Source of the DNA: Chlamydiota bacterium
GTDB taxonomy: Bacteria; Chlamydiota; Chlamydiia; Chlamydiales; SM23-39
Reading direction: 5' to 3'
Length of the DNA stretch: 16,947 nucleotides
Assembly (NCBI GenBank): GCA_038534095.1
Contig: JBCAXK010000034.1
Location: 1-16,947, forward strand
Of this stretch, positions 1-8,296 are shown piece by piece. The notes beneath the pieces were generated by a model. It was not told the origin of the DNA. It was given only the letters and a program-made list of their open reading frames with translations, and searched no databases. Each line of letters starts with the position of its first letter. Position 1 is the stretch's first letter. The position numbers and the translations under genes are program-made.

Positions 1-239
1 GTCATGCCGAAGGCCATGGGGAGCATGAACCAGACTTTGATGAACGGAATGGCTTCGGCTCCAGAGGCCTTTGCCGTGATGATCATCGTATCTTTAGAGG
101 CTCTTAACAAATTGTAGATGAATGCAATCAAAAAGAAAATCAGGAACATTGGAAGAAATTTTTTCAGCTCGTGGGCATGAATGGGCCATAAAAAAGAGCG
201 AATTCTTCCAAATGATGCCTCTTCTCTTTTTTCCATCAT
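1..239 (-). CDS. TLC/NTT-family nucleotide transporter (Npt1/Npt2-like), 5' part only; runs off the left edge
   Basis: Manual minus-strand translation from ATG at 239 (or 236): MMEKREEASFGRIRSFLWPIHAHELKKFLPMFLIFFLIAFIYNLLRASKDTMIITAKASGAEAIPFIKVWFMLPMAFGM. FGxxRSFLWPIHxHELKK and SGAEAIPFIKVW are hallmark N-terminal motifs of chlamydial/rickettsial/plastid NTT carriers. Frame is open to position 1. Confidence 0.93.
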   Translation of the reverse strand, partial: MMEKREEASFGRIRSFLWPIHAHELKKFLPMFLIFFLIAFIYNLLRASKDTMIITAKASGAEAIPFIKVWFMLPMAFGM

Positions 240-419
240 CCATCTTCTTTTTGCGAAAAATATTGGTACACGCGCCTATAGTCTGGGGGGGAGGAAAGAA
301 AGAAATGATTTTGAAGGTGCGTACACATCTAAATAATTTTATAAGTGCAAGACCTGATAAAAAGGTCCCTTTATTTCCTTAAATTATGAAGAAATGCCGT
401 TTTTAGGTAAAGGTGAAGT

Positions 420-1622
420 TTATCTGTCGGTTAAAATGTCGATGCTAGGCAGGTGCCCTAGCTCGATCAGCTCTAAGGAGGCTCCTCCTCCTGTAGAAAT
501 ATGGGTAAACTGGCCAGCTAGCCCCAACTGATTGATGGCGCTGACAGAATCGCCGCCACCTACAATGGTCGTTGCAGGGGAGGCGGCCAGAAAGGAGGCC
601 ATTTCGAAAGTGGTTGCTGCAAAAGGGGGGAGCTCGAAGGCGCCTAAAGGGCCATTCCAAAAAATAGTTTGCGCGCTAGTAAGGGCTTCTTGCCAGTCGG
701 AGCACGTTTTTGGCCCAACGGCCATCCCTTGCCATCCATCGGGAATAGGATCTTTTCCGCTGATGATCTGGGTCTTTGCCGTTTCGGCAAAAGCATCGGC
801 AATGATGATGTCTGATGGAAGCCAGAGTTTAACGGCTTTAGCCGCAGCAGTTTTCATGATTTCTCGGGCATTGCTTAACTGATCTTCTTCGACAAGAGAG
901 TCCCCCGTTTTTTGACCACTTGCCCGAAGAAATGTATAGGCCATCCCCCCTCCAATGAAGAGACCGTCGACTTTATCAATCAAATTTTGAATAAGACCTA
1001 GCTTCGTCGAGATTTTAGCGCCTCCAATCATGGCAAAAAAGGGTCTTTTGGGGGTTTCGATGACATTTCCTAAAAAAGCGATCTCTTTATCCACAAGAAA
1101 TCCTGTGGCCGATTCTCCCCGAAAGAGTTTAGGGACCTCATAAGTAGAGGCGTGTTTCCGGTGGGAGGTTCCAAACGCGTCGTTCACAAAGAGGTTGCCG
1201 AGTTTTCCCAGTTTCACGGCAAAGGAAGGGTCTATTTCTGGGTGCTCTTCCGCTGCATGAAATCGGAGATTTTCTAGCAAAAGAATTTCTTGAGGCTGTA
1301 ACGATTCGGCCATTTTTTCGGTAGCAGGGCCAATGCAATCTTCTGCCATGAGGACCGGTTTTTTGATCAGGGTAGAGAGACGGTCAGCCACCACTTTTAA
1401 AGATAAACGGGGATCCTTTTTTCCTTTCGGGCGCCCCAAGTGACTCATAAGAACAAGAGAGGCCCCTTGGCTTAGTATGTACTGAATCGAGGTTAAAGCC
1501 GCTACGATCCTGGCATCATCAGCAATCGACCCGTCTTGGTTTAGAGGCACGTTGAAGTCAACGCGCATAAGAACGCGGCGGCCTTTTAACGGGAGATCCT
1601 GAAGTGACAACTTATTCATCAT
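420..1622 (-). CDS. pgk: Phosphoglycerate kinase
   Basis: RVDFNVP, SHLGRP, LLENLRF, VNDAFGTSHR, WNGPLG, GGGDS and HISTGGGASLE motifs; 400 aa. Start is 1622 or 1619. Confidence 0.98.
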   Translation of the reverse strand: MMNKLSLQDLPLKGRRVLMRVDFNVPLNQDGSIADDARIVAALTSIQYILSQGASLVLMSHLGRPKGKKDPRLSLKVVADRLSTLIKKPVLMAEDCIGPATEKMAESLQPQEILLLENLRFHAAEEHPEIDPSFAVKLGKLGNLFVNDAFGTSHRKHASTYEVPKLFRGESATGFLVDKEIAFLGNVIETPKRPFFAMIGGAKISTKLGLIQNLIDKVDGLFIGGGMAYTFLRASGQKTGDSLVEEDQLSNAREIMKTAAAKAVKLWLPSDIIIADAFAETAKTQIISGKDPIPDGWQGMAVGPKTCSDWQEALTSAQTIFWNGPLGAFELPPFAATTFEMASFLAASPATTIVGGGDSVSAINQLGLAGQFTHISTGGGASLELIELGHLPSIDILTDR

Positions 1623-1631
1623 ATCAATAAA

Positions 1632-1661
1632 ACTGTAAATCGGAGAAACGCATTAAGTCAA
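1632..1661 (-). promoter_or_regulatory. Putative sigma66/sigma70-type promoter for pgk
   Basis: Minus strand TTGACT (1661-1656), 18-nt spacer, TACAGT (1637-1632), directly upstream of the pgk start. Confidence 0.45.
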
Positions 1662-1804
1662 GAAAACTAGCGGTTGTGTTCGCTAAGAACCCCCCAAATC
1701 GTGAGAATGATGCGCGTAAGAGGTTATTTGCTCCCGTTTGTCTTATCTAGCAGATGTTAGGAAAATGTATTTTTCGAAAAAAACTGCAAGAAATTCCGAC
1801 CAGA

Positions 1805-2554
1805 TCACAAGGAAGAAAAGGGATTGGTCGATTGTGCAAACGATCCTCCTTGCTTTCTTAGCCGGAGTTCGGATCGGATCGAAAACATGAGATCTTCATC
1901 AAAATCCTTCTTTACAGCCCATAAAAGGTATTCCAAAGGCACTTCAGAAAACCTTCTCCCTTTATGTTTCCCAAGGGGCATACGCTGCAGTTTAATCGGT
2001 TTGCGTAGGATGGTTTGGATCTGCTCTGTGGTTTTGTAGGGTTTCGCAAGGTGTTTGAATACCTCAATATTGACAATCACATCGCTCATCGCTCGATGAG
2101 CGCCCTCAAATTGAATTTGAAAGTGTTCTCGGAGTTTTTCTAGAGAATTGATCGGGCTTTCTCCATAAAGCCTTGCCATCCTCAAGGTGTCGATCCGAGA
2201 GGGATTGGGGTTGGGCAGCGGAATGTGGTGTTTTTTTGCCGCTTCATGCAGGGCAGTGATGTCAAAATCGATACCATGACCCACAATGACATAGTCCTTC
2301 ATCATCTTGAGAACCTTCGGCAAAACTTCTTGAATTTTTGGTTTGCCCGCAACCATCTCTTGTTGAATCTTATGAATTTTGATCGATTCCTCAGGGATGA
2401 CCCGTTCAGGATCGATCAGCGTTTCAAAAGAATCAACTGTTTGATCGAAGGTGAAAAGAGTGAGAGCTACTTCGATGATCTGGTCTTTTTTTGGATCGAG
2501 TCCTGTTGTTTCTAAATCGAGACAAACGAAGGTGTCTTTATGTAATAATCCCAT
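1805..2554 (-). CDS. dnaQ: DEDDh 3'-5' exonuclease (DNA polymerase III epsilon-like) with C-terminal DUF3820/ExoX-C-like domain
   Basis: ExoI DLETTG, ExoII GHGIDFD, ExoIII HRAMSD; C-terminal MPLGKHKG...VPLEYLLW motif. Start overlaps the engB stop. Confidence 0.85.
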   Translation of the reverse strand: MGLLHKDTFVCLDLETTGLDPKKDQIIEVALTLFTFDQTVDSFETLIDPERVIPEESIKIHKIQQEMVAGKPKIQEVLPKVLKMMKDYVIVGHGIDFDITALHEAAKKHHIPLPNPNPSRIDTLRMARLYGESPINSLEKLREHFQIQFEGAHRAMSDVIVNIEVFKHLAKPYKTTEQIQTILRKPIKLQRMPLGKHKGRRFSEVPLEYLLWAVKKDFDEDLMFSIRSELRLRKQGGSFAQSTNPFSSL

Positions 2555-3122
2555 GTCGTAACCTATAAAGAAGTTGTTTTTTCCCTGAAGATTCGTGAAT
2601 AGAATATGGAATGAACAAGGAAATTTGTAGCTGATTTTGTAGAAAGCGGATTCTTTCTTTTCTCTGGCTCAAAGTGAGTTTATCCATTTTGGTAAAAAGG
2701 GTGAGAAAAGCAAGCTCATTATTTTGCATCCAAGCAAGCATCTCCTCATCATCAGGGCTCAGCTCTCTGCGAATATCGAGTAAAAAAAGAGCAAATTCGA
2801 TTTGAGGATTGTTTTCTAAAACGCTTCTTGCGCTTTTGTCCCACATAGCGCGCGTTTTTTTGGAAATTTTTGCAAAACCATAACCAGGAAGGTCGATAAA
2901 AATGCCCCAAGGCGTTAAAAAAAATTGTAAAAGAGCGGTTTTTCCTGGTCTTTTTGCCGTTTTTGCCATTTTTTTACTATGAAAGAGATGGTTGATTAAG
3001 CTAGATTTTCCCACATTGGAGCGGCCAAGGAGGGGAAATTGAGGGAGATCTCGGTACTTCGGGTAGGCGCTATAAAAATCTTGTAAGGATTCTTTTGAGC
3101 ATAAAAACGTTATTCTGTCCAC
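2538..3122 (-). CDS. engB: Ribosome biogenesis GTPase EngB/YihA/YsxC
   Basis: G1 GRSNVGKSS, G2 PGKT, G3 DLPGYG, G4 TKMD. Start reassigned to GTG at 3122 (194 aa, 13-nt overlap with tsaE) because the ORF-track start at 3221 lies deep inside tsaE. Confidence 0.92.
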   Translation of the reverse strand: MDRITFLCSKESLQDFYSAYPKYRDLPQFPLLGRSNVGKSSLINHLFHSKKMAKTAKRPGKTALLQFFLTPWGIFIDLPGYGFAKISKKTRAMWDKSARSVLENNPQIEFALFLLDIRRELSPDDEEMLAWMQNNELAFLTLFTKMDKLTLSQRKERIRFLQNQLQISLFIPYSIHESSGKKQLLYRLRHGIIT

Positions 3123-3544
3123 GAGATTTCCCTTGTGTCGTTGCTGAGTACGCTTAGCTGAAAAAAGGTTGTTTTTTTCGGTAAAAGCGATTGAATGCGA
3201 TCGGGCCATTCGATGAGACACACCGCTTTTTCTTCTAAATGATCCAAAAATCCTAATTGCACAAAAGCTGAAGGATCTTTTGGGTTCAAGCGGTAAAGAT
3301 CAAAATGGTAGACGGGGAACATAGAGGGGTTTGGCGCTTCGTACCGGTGCATATAGGAAAATGTGGGGCTGGTGATGAGATGAGACGGGTAATCACAAGC
3401 GGTAAGGGCAGCTCGGATGAGCGTTGTTTTCCCCGATCCAAGAGAGCCCTCAAAAGCGCCAATCCAGCCTTCGTGAAAAAACGTTTTTGCAAGAAACTGT
3501 CCAAATGTAGGGATCTTACTCAAAGAAACAATTTGGGAAGGCAT
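3110..3544 (-). CDS. tsaE: tRNA threonylcarbamoyladenosine biosynthesis ATPase TsaE (YjeE)
   Basis: GSLGSGKTT P-loop, SPTF, YHFDLYRL and IEWP motifs; 144 aa. Confidence 0.96.
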   Translation of the reverse strand: MPSQIVSLSKIPTFGQFLAKTFFHEGWIGAFEGSLGSGKTTLIRAALTACDYPSHLITSPTFSYMHRYEAPNPSMFPVYHFDLYRLNPKDPSAFVQLGFLDHLEEKAVCLIEWPDRIQSLLPKKTTFFQLSVLSNDTREISWTE

Positions 3545-3573
3545 AAAATGATGACCCGAAAACTATCCAAAGA

Positions 3574-4290
3574 TTATCCGGTCCAGGCTTTTATGTAAGG
3601 AGAAAATTCTTTAAATTCGGAGAGATTCTCCACAAAGTCTGTGATTTTTTCTTCGGTTAAGTGTTCTTGAATGAACGATAAAAGCGTTTCTTCAATCTGG
3701 AAGCGATTTTGATTTTGTACTTCGAATAGAGAGAGTTTTTTGATGTGGTGACTTTTGAAATCTTCGAGGACAGCTTCCTTGCTATTGAAGAGTTTTCCAG
3801 TAATCACAGAAGAATAGACCACCTTTTTGATCGCAGACTTGCGTTCTTTGATGTAACTCTTGATCACATCGGGGTCTTCAGAAACAAAAAACCGTTTTAT
3901 GGGGAGGCCCCCAGAGCGCCCTTTGTTTTCAGGGCAAGAAGTGATCCAATTGTAAATCGCATCTTGCGGGTTCGGGTGGGTATTGTCTCCAAACACCTTT
4001 CCGGTAAATGGGCAAATGTAGATTTTTTTTGTATCTTGGTTGACGCTCTCTTTTCCAAATTGGATAGAAATCTCTGTTTGATGCCACAACTTGTTAGCCG
4101 ATTCGAGCTTTTGAATCAGCTTGTCCAAGCTTTCATAGATCATTTTTTCTCTAGGAAAAAGGATGGGCTTGATTTTAAACTTTTTTTGAACAAAGAGGAG
4201 GTAAGAGCTAATTAGATCAGCCGACTTGGTCTTCTTCAAATGCATCAAAAGATGCGTTCTAAGATCTTTTGTAATAGTTTCTTTGTTCAT
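3574..4290 (-). CDS. Chlamydiae-conserved protein of unknown function, DUF2709 (CT538-like)
   Basis: 238 aa with IYICPFTGKVFGDNTHPNPQDAIYNW..CPEN motif recalled from chlamydial DUF2709 proteins; AGGAG RBS at 4300-4296; lies directly upstream of tsaE as recalled for other chlamydiae. Confidence 0.82.
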   Translation of the reverse strand: MNKETITKDLRTHLLMHLKKTKSADLISSYLLFVQKKFKIKPILFPREKMIYESLDKLIQKLESANKLWHQTEISIQFGKESVNQDTKKIYICPFTGKVFGDNTHPNPQDAIYNWITSCPENKGRSGGLPIKRFFVSEDPDVIKSYIKERKSAIKKVVYSSVITGKLFNSKEAVLEDFKSHHIKKLSLFEVQNQNRFQIEETLLSFIQEHLTEEKITDFVENLSEFKEFSPYIKAWTG

Positions 4291-4353
4291 TCACTCTCCT
4301 GAAACTGTTATTTGAACGTATTCAATGAACATTGACACGAATGATTAAGAACT

Positions 4354-4382
4354 ACGTTACTTGTATTCTTAATAAGAATCAA
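4354..4382 (-). promoter_or_regulatory. Putative sigma66 promoter for the DUF2709-tsaE-engB-dnaQ cluster
   Basis: Minus strand TTGATT (4382-4377), 17-nt spacer, TAACGT (4359-4354). Confidence 0.35.
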
Positions 4383-5275
4383 GAAGTAGGCTTGGATTGC
4401 ACAAAAAAACGTTCTTTGAGGAAAAGGTAGGAGAGCAAGAGGAGAAAAGGGAGGTCTTGCCAAATTTCTAATAAATTTTTTTGAAAAAAAGAGAAACTGC
4501 CTATCTGGAACGTCTATTCCCAACTTGTTCCCTTTTTCGCTCTCGCTAGAAACCTGCCTGCATTTTGTGAAGAGCGCGCACGGTTATGTGCACAGGGGCT
4601 CAAGAGTGTCAGGGCGATCGGATAGAAAAATTTGAGTATACACGATTGTAATAGACAAGCATATGATCGGAAAAATCTGCGATTACTTTTTCTCGGAAGC
4701 TTTTTAAGCCTCTTGTTTTTTTGGATCTGCTTTAGATTGAATAGAGCGAACTGTAATCCATGCAAGGTCAGCTTGTTCCTTCTTAAATATGCGCAAGGAG
4801 CTAAAAATCGCCTCCGCTCACGAGAAGTGCCTTCTGTTCTAGCTAGCTGATCAAAATCATGTAGATTCATACCTTCTCAAGGAACTGCTTTTCTGCCCCA
4901 CTTACATATCTTATTTTTTAAAAATAGAGTCTACACGATTGGAGAAATGCAATGTATGATCGTATATTTTACGAAGGGTATAACTCACAGATTTCGGAAG
5001 ACCGTTTTCCAGAAAATATATCTTTACCTAGGAAGATAGGCTTGAAACATTTTTCGGGAATTGCGAGGAAAAAAGGCGTAAAACGAACCCAAAACCGCTT
5101 CTGTATGAATGGAAATCACCTTGAAGAAATTTTTTGCCAGGAACTGTAGATGCGATCCCTCTCCCCAAGAGCGTTTCCCTTTGTTGCACTCTTTTCATCG
5201 AACTGTTAAGATCCAGAGCAGAATTTTTGTACGCAATTTTACAATCATTCTGATGATTCTATTTTCAGGTTCCAC

Positions 5276-6403
5276 ATGGATTCAATGATCGACCGACAAT
5301 TACGCAAGAGCATACAATCGTTACCCGAAGAGTTTATAACACAAGAGCTTCCTTCTGACGAATTTGAAGCCATTTTTTCTTTTTCGCATGAAAAAAGTGG
5401 GTTACAAGCAATCATTGCGCTCCATAGCTTGGAATTAGGTCCAGCTATTGGTGGAGTGCGCATCTTTCCATACGCTTCAGAAGAAGAGGCTCTCGTTGAT
5501 GTAAAACGGTTATCTAAGGCCATGACCTACAAAGCTGCTGTCGCAGGAGTGGGCATTGGAGGAGGAAAAAGTGTGATCATTGCCGATCCAAAAACTGTGA
5601 GAAGAGAGACGTTAGAAGCGTTTGGCACGGTTGTACAAGCGTTTTCTGGCCACTATTTTGCCGCTAAAGATGTGGGAGTTTCTGGAAAGGAACTGGCGCA
5701 CATCAACACAGGAACGCAGTACGTAGTTGGCCTGCCTAACCGGGGTAGCGGCGATCCTTCGGCCTTCACTGCTTGGGGCGTATTTTCTGGGATTCGCGCT
5801 TCTTTAGAGCGCGCGTTTGGTTCTCCTTCTCTAGAAGGCGTTCGGGTCGCTGTCCAGGGACTTGGCGCGGTAGGATTTGCTCTTGCTAAATACCTTTTTT
5901 GGGAAGGAGCGGAGCTGCTTGTTAGCGACCTTGATCCTATGAAAACCGCTCTTTGCGCGAAAAAATTTTCGGCAAAAGTGGTAGCTACCGATGAGATCTT
6001 GCGCTCAGATTGTGATGTTTTAGCGCCTTGCGCCCTTGGCGGGGTGATTAGCGCAAAGAATATTCCCTCCATCCAAGCTAGGATCATTGCGGGAGGCGCC
6101 AACAATGTGCTCGACCAGGAATCCGATGCAGAACTATTGCACCAAAGAAAGATTCTGTACGCTCCCGATTATGTGATCAACGCTGCAGGGCTTTTTCATG
6201 TGCTTCTCGAGCTAGAAGAAGGGGGATATTCCGCCAAGGCCTCGAGGAACCATGCTACCAATATTCGCAAGACTCTTTCGACCATTTATCAAATCGCAAA
6301 AGAAACGAATACCTCTACGGCAGCCGCTGCAAAATCTCTTGCTGATTACAGGTTGCAATATAAAATCGGCAAAAGAACCGTTCCCTTGCAAGTTCCAGAA
6401 TGA
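5276..6403 (+). CDS. ldh: Leucine dehydrogenase (Glu/Leu/Phe/Val dehydrogenase family)
   Basis: GPAIGGVR, MTYK, GGGKSV, SGDPSAFTAWGV, QGLGAVG Rossmann motif, GGANN and YAPDYVINA. Confidence 0.92.
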   Translation: MDSMIDRQLRKSIQSLPEEFITQELPSDEFEAIFSFSHEKSGLQAIIALHSLELGPAIGGVRIFPYASEEEALVDVKRLSKAMTYKAAVAGVGIGGGKSVIIADPKTVRRETLEAFGTVVQAFSGHYFAAKDVGVSGKELAHINTGTQYVVGLPNRGSGDPSAFTAWGVFSGIRASLERAFGSPSLEGVRVAVQGLGAVGFALAKYLFWEGAELLVSDLDPMKTALCAKKFSAKVVATDEILRSDCDVLAPCALGGVISAKNIPSIQARIIAGGANNVLDQESDAELLHQRKILYAPDYVINAAGLFHVLLELEEGGYSAKASRNHATNIRKTLSTIYQIAKETNTSTAAAAKSLADYRLQYKIGKRTVPLQVPE

Positions 6404-6436
6404 TCTTTAACTCCCTTTGATTTTTGTGAATGTATC

Positions 6437-8173
6437 ATGCTCTCTATCACCTCTTTTTTAGCAAAAGTAATTAGCCAAACCCTTTCTCGAATCTATCCCG
6501 ATCTTGGGGCGCCTAAAGATTTTGTTGAAGTAGCGCCATGCGCCCGGCCTGAATTGGGTCACTACCAAAGCAATATTGCTTTGAAACTCGCTAAACTACT
6601 GAAACAGCCTCCCATCTCTTTAGCAAATACTCTCCGTGAGCACTTGCCTCTCGAAGAATGCGCTGAAAAGATCACCGTTACGCCTCCCGGGTTTCTCAAT
6701 ATCACCTGCAACAAATCTTTTTTATCTAATAGGCTTTCTCAGCTTTTGTCCGATCCGAAGTGCTTAGTTTCTTGCGCAGAAAAAAAACGGGTGATTGTTG
6801 AGTTTTCTTCACCAAATATTGCCAAGGAACTCCATGTGGGACACCTGCGCTCGACCATTATTGGAGAGAGCTTAGCAAGGCTCTTTACCTTCCAAGGACA
6901 CGATGTACTTAGGCTCAACCATATTGGAGATTGGGGGACGCAGTTTGGGATGTTGATTGCCTATATTCGGGCGCACGTGACCGAAAATAGGTGGGCTAGT
7001 GCCCCTTCATTAGAAGACCTAATGCATTGGTACAAGAAAGCAAAAGCCCTTTTTGATGAGGATGAGCATTTTCGTAAAGAGTCCCAATTAGCTGTGGTCG
7101 CTCTGCAACAAGGAGATACTGGTTCGATCGAAGTTTGGAAAGATATTTGCGCGGTTTCGCGCAAAGCGTATGAAGAGATCTATTCCCTTTTGGATGTGTC
7201 GATTCAAGAGAGGGGGGAATCTTTTTATAACCCGCATCTAGCGCCTATGGTTGAAGAGCTAGAACATCGGGGCATGATCGAATATTCTGGAGGCGCCAAG
7301 TGCATTTTTCCCCAAGGCTTTAAAAATCGGGAAGGAAATCCTCTCCCTTTCATGGTCCAAAAATCGGATGGAGGATTCAATTACGACACAACTGATCTGG
7401 CCGCTCTAAAGCATCGCGTAGCCGTAGAGAAAGCCGATCGGATCATTGTCATCACCGATTCGGGGCAGAGTCTTCATTTTCAGCTTCTTTTCAAAGCGGC
7501 AGAAAAAGTGGGGTATTATGATCCCGAAAAGGTGCAAATGGACCATGTCACGTTTGGTCTTGTTCTCGGAGAAGATGGAAAAAAATTCAAAACCCGTTCC
7601 GGAGAGACAAAAAAACTCGTCGATTTGATCTACAAAGCCATTGAGTATGCGAGCGCTCTTGTAGGAGAAAAAAGCGGCCACTTATCTCAAGAAGAAAAGC
7701 GCCACTTGGCCAAAACATTGGGCATTTCTGCTGTGAAATACGCTGACCTTTCTTCCCAAAGACAAAAAGACTACACCTTTAGTTACGCAAGGATGCTTCG
7801 CTTTGAAGGCAACACCGCCACCTTTCTTCTCTATGCGTATGTTCGTATGTTAGGCATTGAGCGAAAAATTGGTAAAGATCTCCCAAGTCTGCTTCAGACA
7901 AAGCCCTCATTAGACCACCCCTCCGAGTTAGCGCTTGGCTTGCACCTTCTCCGTTTTGCTGAAGTAATCGATCTCATCACAGACAATCTTGAGCCGCACC
8001 ATCTTTGCGACTATCTCTACAAATTAGCTGAGAAGTTTCATGCATTTTTCCGCGATTGTAGGGTAGAAGGATCTGATCAGGAAGAGGGGCGCCTTGTGTT
8101 GGTAGAAGCGGCTCGCAAAGTCTTAGCCCAAGGCTTATATCTTTTAGGTATTGATACTGTTGAAAGAATGTGA
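6437..8173 (+). CDS. argS: Arginine--tRNA ligase
   Basis: EFSSPNIAKELHVGHLRSTIIG (HIGH-type), NHIGDWGTQFG, KFKTRSG, FEGNTATFLLYAYVR and terminal VERM. Confidence 0.98.
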   Translation: MLSITSFLAKVISQTLSRIYPDLGAPKDFVEVAPCARPELGHYQSNIALKLAKLLKQPPISLANTLREHLPLEECAEKITVTPPGFLNITCNKSFLSNRLSQLLSDPKCLVSCAEKKRVIVEFSSPNIAKELHVGHLRSTIIGESLARLFTFQGHDVLRLNHIGDWGTQFGMLIAYIRAHVTENRWASAPSLEDLMHWYKKAKALFDEDEHFRKESQLAVVALQQGDTGSIEVWKDICAVSRKAYEEIYSLLDVSIQERGESFYNPHLAPMVEELEHRGMIEYSGGAKCIFPQGFKNREGNPLPFMVQKSDGGFNYDTTDLAALKHRVAVEKADRIIVITDSGQSLHFQLLFKAAEKVGYYDPEKVQMDHVTFGLVLGEDGKKFKTRSGETKKLVDLIYKAIEYASALVGEKSGHLSQEEKRHLAKTLGISAVKYADLSSQRQKDYTFSYARMLRFEGNTATFLLYAYVRMLGIERKIGKDLPSLLQTKPSLDHPSELALGLHLLRFAEVIDLITDNLEPHHLCDYLYKLAEKFHAFFRDCRVEGSDQEEGRLVLVEAARKVLAQGLYLLGIDTVERM

Positions 8174-8296
8174 TGAATCCAAGGAGGCTCTTCTCAAAAT
8201 GTACTTGCTTCATGATCGGTAGGCAGGTACTGTGGCCATTTTTTGCTGAAGTGATCTAGCAATACTTTATCCTTCCCATCAACAATAGGTGCGTAT

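Noticed and set aside
122..382. 86-aa plus-strand ORF
   Set aside because: Antisense to the NTT gene start and its upstream region; no recognisable motifs.
1087..1095. Perfect DnaA box TTATCCACA
   Set aside because: Single copy inside pgk coding sequence (LVDK codons); no box cluster or unwinding element, so no oriC call.
1623..1804. Possible tRNA or sRNA between dnaQ and pgk
   Set aside because: Only short 5-6 bp stems; no cloverleaf, T-loop motif or recognisable RNA family.
3123..3221. Extended engB N-terminus in the ORF track
   Set aside because: Lies within tsaE; GTG at 3122 gives a typical EngB length.
3745..4215. 156-aa plus-strand ORF, and similar shadow ORFs such as 532-882, 5653-6105 and 9747-10217
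   Set aside because: Entirely antisense to well-supported genes, with no independent motifs.
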